Source: Cenarchaeum sp.
GTDB lineage: Archaea; Thermoproteota; Nitrososphaeria; Nitrososphaerales; Nitrosopumilaceae
Direction: 5' to 3'
Length of the DNA: 64,000 bases
NCBI GenBank assembly: GCA_963692915.1
Contig: OY843584.1
Span: 960,001-1,024,000, forward strand
Positions 59,401 through 64,000 of the stretch are shown here, in pieces; position 1 is the first letter of the stretch; each line of letters starts with the position of its first letter. A model generated the notes under the pieces. It saw only the letters and a list, made by a program, of their open reading frames with translations, made no database searches and had not been told where the DNA came from. A program made the translations under genes and the position numbers.

Positions 59401-59492
59401 TGGAGGAGCGCCATCGAGGCGCCCATCACCGCAAAGACGATGATGGCCGCCAGGATCGCGCCCACTACCGGCCACACCCCTGGGCTGCCCAC
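56439..59492 (-). CDS. Giant pilin/archaellin-like protein (class III-like N-terminus fused to a large extracellular region)
   Basis: G-VWPVVGAILAAIIV, ESLGV, VSN..ADPVEIIEV, VAVTRMGNTF typical of archaeal pilin/FlaF-G domains. Confidence 0.65.
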   Translation of the reverse strand: MGSPGVWPVVGAILAAIIVFAVMGASMALLHAHLEGVDEYNRRAADAADSQRRAVHESLGVGVTGGDGRSYTVHVSNERADPVEIIEVRSMLQNGTVARLPEFAGRMPLAGFGEASIGYDVPEDVNGSVSIVAVTRMGNTFGAEIDTSGPANPARETVSGMGIGSRLEQAEHSGHVIYGSDTWINIASLRPHIEVDVDATEAAPNFASLLLDSDTRTSTAISGYSSKALITVAPDGTARNTTKPDLASYTASRGSATVSSEGGTTTVSGGQSALLKLDSAMLGKTLLFNATLGGGSVEILTSPYATLADTISIAQLKGQCGGLAWKANPKDHLKESPIAISTGWIIDVNKPENSLIYAGTLPTSSISKDTITYSKESATPMRELHAEYWGFSHHLPASHPYSRAHSHDISHPEDHRYSLPLLGTQFPYYEHPGQYEIQHNSTSMAFPGTGLLLRDGARFHVAYEPTLESRMHVIQKGSDNIIANSGVTLDEPLTLTNKRFSYGTPIGYAFERYATSYPDVYITAPAHAIASNSGEERFALNNPSSDYFLRKVHTHYGVPSMMFTEGTGGNDDYASLAGIKFNTLTTKSSNSTSIERHPQTSWAQSTAIFTWGDTLCVIAERQYVVDTVISSDSAAHRVEMPERDSVYARNLYALVHTRGSTVTLDAVSDEGIVGLAPSVPYRFAIDGKTLHFGFTTKHGTIPFIESMPESFTLHTYPDAASYRGSFSTIIFDPRAGKSMRIATPEDHIYTVHTWAQIPVAGSVTVSDVEVRARDGTAMRLEYLDGEYSASEDDEGRMWVPVVPGYFSIHMKVNGVDAVLRYSDVLGGSNVRVIPSSTSTVSRVSFEQPIDHIDASAGASAYTIATSDRPILAIVSGTVSGHAHIEHTHRESQMPRCARDPLTGWVAAYRNGDLVYESERMSNYAPEISATSKVLANGNGSTKTTFTYDRTTISNTVNVSNVSPGDFVEFYIHANIYAESAFPSPEGRTWCGTGTIRTHVSSDASATANIHGGSIIIG

Positions 59493-60874
59493 GCGTGCAG
59501 GGCAAACTCGGAGCTAGCGCACTGCGACTCGTCGAGCTCGGCCCCGCCCGAGTCCACAAGGAGCGCGTTTACCGGCGCGTCCGGAGCGCAATAGACGGCG
59601 CCCGTTGGCCTGCCCCCATGGTCAATTGGCATCATGTCATCAATGTCCACCGTTGCCCACGAACCGGGCGCACACTCGGAGAGCAGGAGGGCATCTGCTG
59701 CGTCATGTGCGCCTTCTGCCATGCGCACAAGCGAGAGGCGCGTCTCGGTTCCGTTAATGCCAATCATGCCTGCCCCCGCCGAGGTGACTATGCCGCGATA
59801 GCACGTCTCCTTGAAAAGGCTGCCCGAGCAGAGACTGTCATCATGCAAGTCGTTCAAGTCATGCAAGTCGTTCAAGTCGCGCAAGTTGTGCAAGTTGCTC
59901 AAGTCGTGCAAGTCATCATGCGGAACCTGCGTGTCGGCCCATGAGCCCCGCAGGGAATTGTCGAGAAGCGCACTCGAGCAGAGCTCTGCAATGCTTTGTG
60001 CGCCATCGGCGTCCCCGCACACGCTAGACAGCATGGCTGCCGCACCGGCCGGATCAGAGGCCACAAGGCGCTCAGTTGCGGACATGTCATCCAGAAGGCG
60101 CTCCGCAGGCGGGTCTGCTGCGCCACTGCCTTCCGTAGAATGCCCAAGGAGGTCAAGCTCAAAGAGCAGGCGCGAGCTAGGCCCGAGCTGCCTGTGAACT
60201 GTCGCATCGAGTGGAAACGGAAACCCGTCAAGTATCGTGATGCGCGTGCTAGGGGTGTCCGGATACCCCACGTATGCCACCTCGACGTCCTCCCCGCCGA
60301 CTGTGGCCATGTCCATCGCAATCACGTGCAGCGCACCATCACCGTCTCCCCACCTTGCGCCGACCTCTAGATCCCGCGGTGTTCTGCTGTTCGCGTGCGC
60401 ATCAATCCAAAAGAGCGTCTCGCGCAGGACCGAGACCATGACGCCATGCTGCGCATCAGCAGACACGTCAAGCCTGCCCCCTGCGCCGATTCGCAGTATT
60501 GCGTCCTGCCAGGCAGGCTCGTGGTCTCCGGTAACGCCAAACCTGGCCTGCACGACCCACACGGGGCCATGCCACTCCTCGAGCATGCCGATAAACTCGA
60601 GCTCGGCTGTGACGCACTCGGAGCCGACTGAGGGCAGCGTGTGGGCCACGCACATCCTGTACGCAAACGAGTCTAGCGCGCTGAGGCCTTCGCCAAGGTG
60701 CCATGTTGGCACCCCGGCGTCGGACGCTGCGTTGGCCGTGGCATCAGGCGGCGACGGAGCCGGTGCGAGTGCGACTAGCGCGAGTATCCAGGCATACCCC
60801 ACAAGGCGGTCAAAACCATGTCGGATTGCCGACTGCGCCAGTGCCTGCACCACACTCTTCATTCTGCCGACCAC
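59465..60874 (-). CDS. Secreted protein with C-terminal degenerate thermonuclease (SNase-like) domain
   Basis: TRLSLV...CAPGSWATVDIDD...DHGGR..GAVYC....VNALLVDSG......C..SEF...WA. Confidence 0.65.
   Translation of the reverse strand: MVGRMKSVVQALAQSAIRHGFDRLVGYAWILALVALAPAPSPPDATANAASDAGVPTWHLGEGLSALDSFAYRMCVAHTLPSVGSECVTAELEFIGMLEEWHGPVWVVQARFGVTGDHEPAWQDAILRIGAGGRLDVSADAQHGVMVSVLRETLFWIDAHANSRTPRDLEVGARWGDGDGALHVIAMDMATVGGEDVEVAYVGYPDTPSTRITILDGFPFPLDATVHRQLGPSSRLLFELDLLGHSTEGSGAADPPAERLLDDMSATERLVASDPAGAAAMLSSVCGDADGAQSIAELCSSALLDNSLRGSWADTQVPHDDLHDLSNLHNLRDLNDLHDLNDLHDDSLCSGSLFKETCYRGIVTSAGAGMIGINGTETRLSLVRMAEGAHDAADALLLSECAPGSWATVDIDDMMPIDHGGRPTGAVYCAPDAPVNALLVDSGGAELDESQCASSEFALHAWAAQGCGR
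59844..59915 (-). repeat. 9-bp coding tandem repeat x8 (xLx units, D/N-L-H/N/R/S)
   Basis: TGCAAGTCG/TTCAAGTCA-type units encoding DLHDLSNLHNLRDLNDLHDLNDLH. Confidence 0.85.
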
Positions 60875-60928
60875 ACCATAGCACGCGTGGGACTCACGTG
60901 AATTTTGAATAAAAGGCGCGCAGCGGCC

Positions 60929-63400
60929 CTATGAAACGCTGATCATGCGCGCAAGGCGATGCGCGATGCGCCATGCCACGAGGGCAGCGACTGCCACGAT
61001 GAACGCCAAGAGTACCGCATCGACATCAACGTCAAGGCCGTCTGTGGCATCAGGGAGCCCCACGCCCACCGTCGCGCTAGCGGTTCCCCCCCACACGTTT
61101 GTGAGCATCACCGTGTTCGCAATTCCCTGGATCGCAGACACCGTGCAGCCATGTATCGACGAGCACACGCGCTCCATGGGCACGCCGTTGCGCTCGACTG
61201 ATGCGATATCGCCAAACGCCTCGCGTGGGCGCGCCTGCAGCGTCGTGTGCGCGCACGAGGGGCACGAGACCGCATAGTCCATCGCGTTGTCCGTGGCGAC
61301 GTTGGCGATCTCGAGGATCGGCGTCGTAAAGAGGACCTCGGCAGTCATGTTGCGCGAGTGGGCAGCCGTGCCGTCGGTGACACCGTAGGAGAACTCGTAT
61401 GCCGATGGGGCCTCGTATATCGTGTTTGAGCCAAGCTCGGCGACGCTGTCGGCCATCAGCGCATACACGTCAGTAAAAGAGACGCCGGTTCGATTCAGGA
61501 TATAGTCCACACGCCCACCACCAGTCGATTCGGCTGCCATCTTGCGCGGATACATGTCCGAGACGACCATGTTGGCGATCTCGGCGTCATCGGCCTCGAG
61601 CTCGACACTCTCACATATGCGGTCATGCAGGTATGACGGTCCCACAGTTGCGGCAAACGCGCCGACTCCAACAGTTGGGACTATCTTGACGGATGCGCTG
61701 CCGTCGGCGACCGGACCGCTGCCGTCGACCATGACAAGGCTTGCCGGAACGGCAAAGCGTGCACGCGGGTACGTATAGTCGTACGAGACCAGGTCGCGCA
61801 GCTCGTGACCGGCAAAGTCCTCGGTTCGCACCGTGTTGCGCAGGCTCGCAACGTCTGCACCGCTCTCTGCCATGAATGCCGATATCGGATACTCCATGTA
61901 GAGGCGCCCGTATGCGGCCTGTGTGAACATTGCCGAGGCCGCATGCCTCCCAAGCCGGAGCGCGCCGTCGATGAGGCTCGCATCATGCACGGTGCAGCGT
62001 TCGGCATCGTGCGCAGACGGGCCGGCCGTCGCGTTCCATGCCAGGCTCGCATCAAGGGGGATCGAGCCTGTCAGGTAGCGTGCCGTGCCCTCGTGGTCCA
62101 TCTCGTTGAGCAGCGCGCGGCGCATCTCGTGCGGGCCGGCATCCGCATCATCCCTTCCGCCCCCCAGGGATCCATCATACCTCACTGCCATGACGTGCCT
62201 CTTTGACCATGCCCAGTCGCCATGCTCGGGAACCGAATCGGCCAGCGAGACGTACGCGTAGGGCTCGCCGAACTGTGGGTCATACCTCACTATGAGCGGC
62301 TCGATGGACTCGGTGACGTCGTGTGCGCGCGCCTCGCCCGTGCGCACGCGCGCATGAGCGTGGATGTTGTGGAGCGTTGCGGTGTAGTCGATCTCGTGGC
62401 GCTCGTGGTATCGGGCGCACGCCGGCTCGGCAGCACCGTGCGCCGTGCCTACCGCACACGACGAGTTGTACACGGCCGAGCCGCCCGTGTAAGAGTGCGC
62501 GATCGCCTGCGCGTCATACCCGCCAATTCCCCCCGCGGCCAGGACACATGAGGACTCGTCACAGTCAAGCTCCTGCACCAGCTCAAGGATTCCGTGGTTC
62601 TTTGTGTGAGTGGCATAGATCGTCCCAATGCGCTCCTCCTTCCACGCATAGTCGATCTCGTGTACCACGTTTATAGGATCCCACACATAGTACGTCCCAT
62701 CAAGGTTTGCCGCCGTGTGGCCCGCCGAGTCTGTGAGCGGCTCGTATGAGAGGCTCACCGAGAGGCCTGGATCGATCACGCGTGCCGGAAATGCCGACTC
62801 GGAGACAAACGCGTGGTACCCCGTGTACAGGTGGCCTCCTAGCATGACTATGACCTTTGCCATCACATGCGCCTTTTTTGCCACGCGGTACGACTCGTCA
62901 GGCCCATAGATGTCGTGCGGCAGCACCACGCTGCCCTCCTCGCTGCGCGGCCCGCTGCCGCCGTATCCCTCGAATCCCGACGGTTGGCATCCCCCACGGC
63001 GGCTATAGGAGCACTTTACCTTGAGCGGCGTGCACTCACCACCGCCTCCCGGAACCTCCACGGGGCACACCTTTACGGCGCTGCACCCCTCGACGCGCAT
63101 GTTGGTGTGGTATCCGAGCGCGTCGCCCGGATAGAACGTGCGGTCGGGGTTGTTTCTCCTGTGGCCGTTGTGGAGCACGGGCGTCACCGCGAGCTCTGTG
63201 TGAACCTTGCACTTTTCGCGAAGGTACATGTAAAGCTTTGAGCTATGGTACACCTGATCGCTTCCGGCCGTGTTTTTTTGCGTGGAGAGGGCACCATCTG
63301 TGTCGTGCCTGGCGTCAGCCTCCCCCATTGCCGCCGACATTGCAAGTGCTGCGGCAAGTGCCATTGTGAGTGACAGGAACGCCAGGGGCGCGCCAGTCAT
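60929..63400 (-). CDS. Large surface protein with signal peptide and C-terminal TM anchor
   Basis: ADA signal peptide; Cys-rich N-terminal region; C-terminal LLAFIVAVAALVAWR; coupled to the pilin stop (ATGA). Confidence 0.75.
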   Translation of the reverse strand: MTGAPLAFLSLTMALAAALAMSAAMGEADARHDTDGALSTQKNTAGSDQVYHSSKLYMYLREKCKVHTELAVTPVLHNGHRRNNPDRTFYPGDALGYHTNMRVEGCSAVKVCPVEVPGGGGECTPLKVKCSYSRRGGCQPSGFEGYGGSGPRSEEGSVVLPHDIYGPDESYRVAKKAHVMAKVIVMLGGHLYTGYHAFVSESAFPARVIDPGLSVSLSYEPLTDSAGHTAANLDGTYYVWDPINVVHEIDYAWKEERIGTIYATHTKNHGILELVQELDCDESSCVLAAGGIGGYDAQAIAHSYTGGSAVYNSSCAVGTAHGAAEPACARYHERHEIDYTATLHNIHAHARVRTGEARAHDVTESIEPLIVRYDPQFGEPYAYVSLADSVPEHGDWAWSKRHVMAVRYDGSLGGGRDDADAGPHEMRRALLNEMDHEGTARYLTGSIPLDASLAWNATAGPSAHDAERCTVHDASLIDGALRLGRHAASAMFTQAAYGRLYMEYPISAFMAESGADVASLRNTVRTEDFAGHELRDLVSYDYTYPRARFAVPASLVMVDGSGPVADGSASVKIVPTVGVGAFAATVGPSYLHDRICESVELEADDAEIANMVVSDMYPRKMAAESTGGGRVDYILNRTGVSFTDVYALMADSVAELGSNTIYEAPSAYEFSYGVTDGTAAHSRNMTAEVLFTTPILEIANVATDNAMDYAVSCPSCAHTTLQARPREAFGDIASVERNGVPMERVCSSIHGCTVSAIQGIANTVMLTNVWGGTASATVGVGLPDATDGLDVDVDAVLLAFIVAVAALVAWRIAHRLARMISVS

Positions 63401-63888
63401 GGCTTGCCCACCAGCCGCATAACGTTGCCAGGTCCGGTGACCAGGAGTATTCCCACATCCTCGCCATCATGGCCGTCTCCAAGTGTCGGACTAAAGCGCA
63501 TGTCAGTTATCTCGCCGGCTGGCAGCGTGCATGCGCCAACGTGATCCTGTGTGGTGATCTTTTGCATCGTAGAGCATCCGGCATCTGAGACGACCGTGTC
63601 AGCATACACATAGTGGATCCCGGCAATCTCAATGTCCGCATCGCCGGCGTTGACGATCTCGATCCTAGCAGTCCACGCCGACGGTGAGGCGGCCTCTGGC
63701 GCACTTGAGTGTATGACGCGCAGCGACTCGCCGAGCCGCGAGATCTTTTGCCGTATGAGCGACTCGCCTGCCTCGCCGGCCGAGTCGAGTCCCTCGCCCA
63801 CAAAGTGAAGGAGTGCGGCACCGGCTGCAGACACGATGCCAAAGAGCATGGCAAACCCGATAATTTCTGAGGCGAGGCGGGCACGCAT
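63397..63888 (-). CDS. Archaeal pilin-like (FlaF/FlaG-like) protein
   Basis: MRARLA-SEIIGFAMLFGIV class III-like N-terminus, ESLRVI, IVNAGDADIEI, LVT..GN; GAGGTG upstream. Confidence 0.7.
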   Translation of the reverse strand: MRARLASEIIGFAMLFGIVSAAGAALLHFVGEGLDSAGEAGESLIRQKISRLGESLRVIHSSAPEAASPSAWTARIEIVNAGDADIEIAGIHYVYADTVVSDAGCSTMQKITTQDHVGACTLPAGEITDMRFSPTLGDGHDGEDVGILLVTGPGNVMRLVGKP

Positions 63889-63892
63889 GCTC

Positions 63893-64000
63893 TCACCTCG
63901 CGAGGACTCCCACGGTCATCACGATTGAGCCGCCAGAGAGCGGCTCGGCGAAGACCGAGATCGCATACCTTGCGGATGGGGTCACAGACAGGGCGTGAAC
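63893..64000 (-). CDS. C-terminal end of an upstream gene, possibly another pilin (partial)
   Basis: Open frame VHALSVTPSARYAISVFAEPLSGGSIVMTVGVLAR* ending 4 bp before the next ATG. Confidence 0.5.
   Translation of the reverse strand, partial: VHALSVTPSARYAISVFAEPLSGGSIVMTVGVLAR

Overview
Archaeal chromosomal window, most likely from a high-GC member of the Nitrososphaerota (Thaumarchaeota), Nitrosopumilaceae/Cenarchaeum-like. This is inferred from gene content and order: cbf5-cmk-DUF106-adk-secY-L15-L30-S5-L18, Zn-finger/EF-1beta/cdc48, heme O synthase beside a cupredoxin, hppA, rpo7-spt4-nadC/nadA/nadX, nurA-herA-mre11-rad50, corA, TSP3-repeat genes, taw1, rdgB and bud32. Accessory DNA sits within this backbone: (i) an AT-rich ABC/AAA ATPase plus PD-(D/E)xK gene pair at the left edge; (ii) an AT-rich MvaI-like type II restriction-modification island at 17.3-20.4 kb; (iii) a PD-(D/E)xK-like gene behind tRNA-Gly(CCC); (iv) a 5.5-kb island at 36.7-42.0 kb encoding a hendecad-repeat coiled-coil protein, a very divergent TFB homolog, a ParB/Srx-like protein, a wHTH protein, an A24 prepilin peptidase and an ArdC-like protein; (v) three tandem secreted TSP3-repeat paralogs with 60 repeats in total; (vi) an operon of more than 10 kb running off the right edge, with pilin-like proteins, giant surface proteins and a degenerate thermonuclease. 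The best candidate for an undescribed system is (iv) plus (vi): a putative TFB-controlled pilus and DNA-transfer module beside the double-strand-break repair operon. All calls come from motif recognition by eye; no searches were run.
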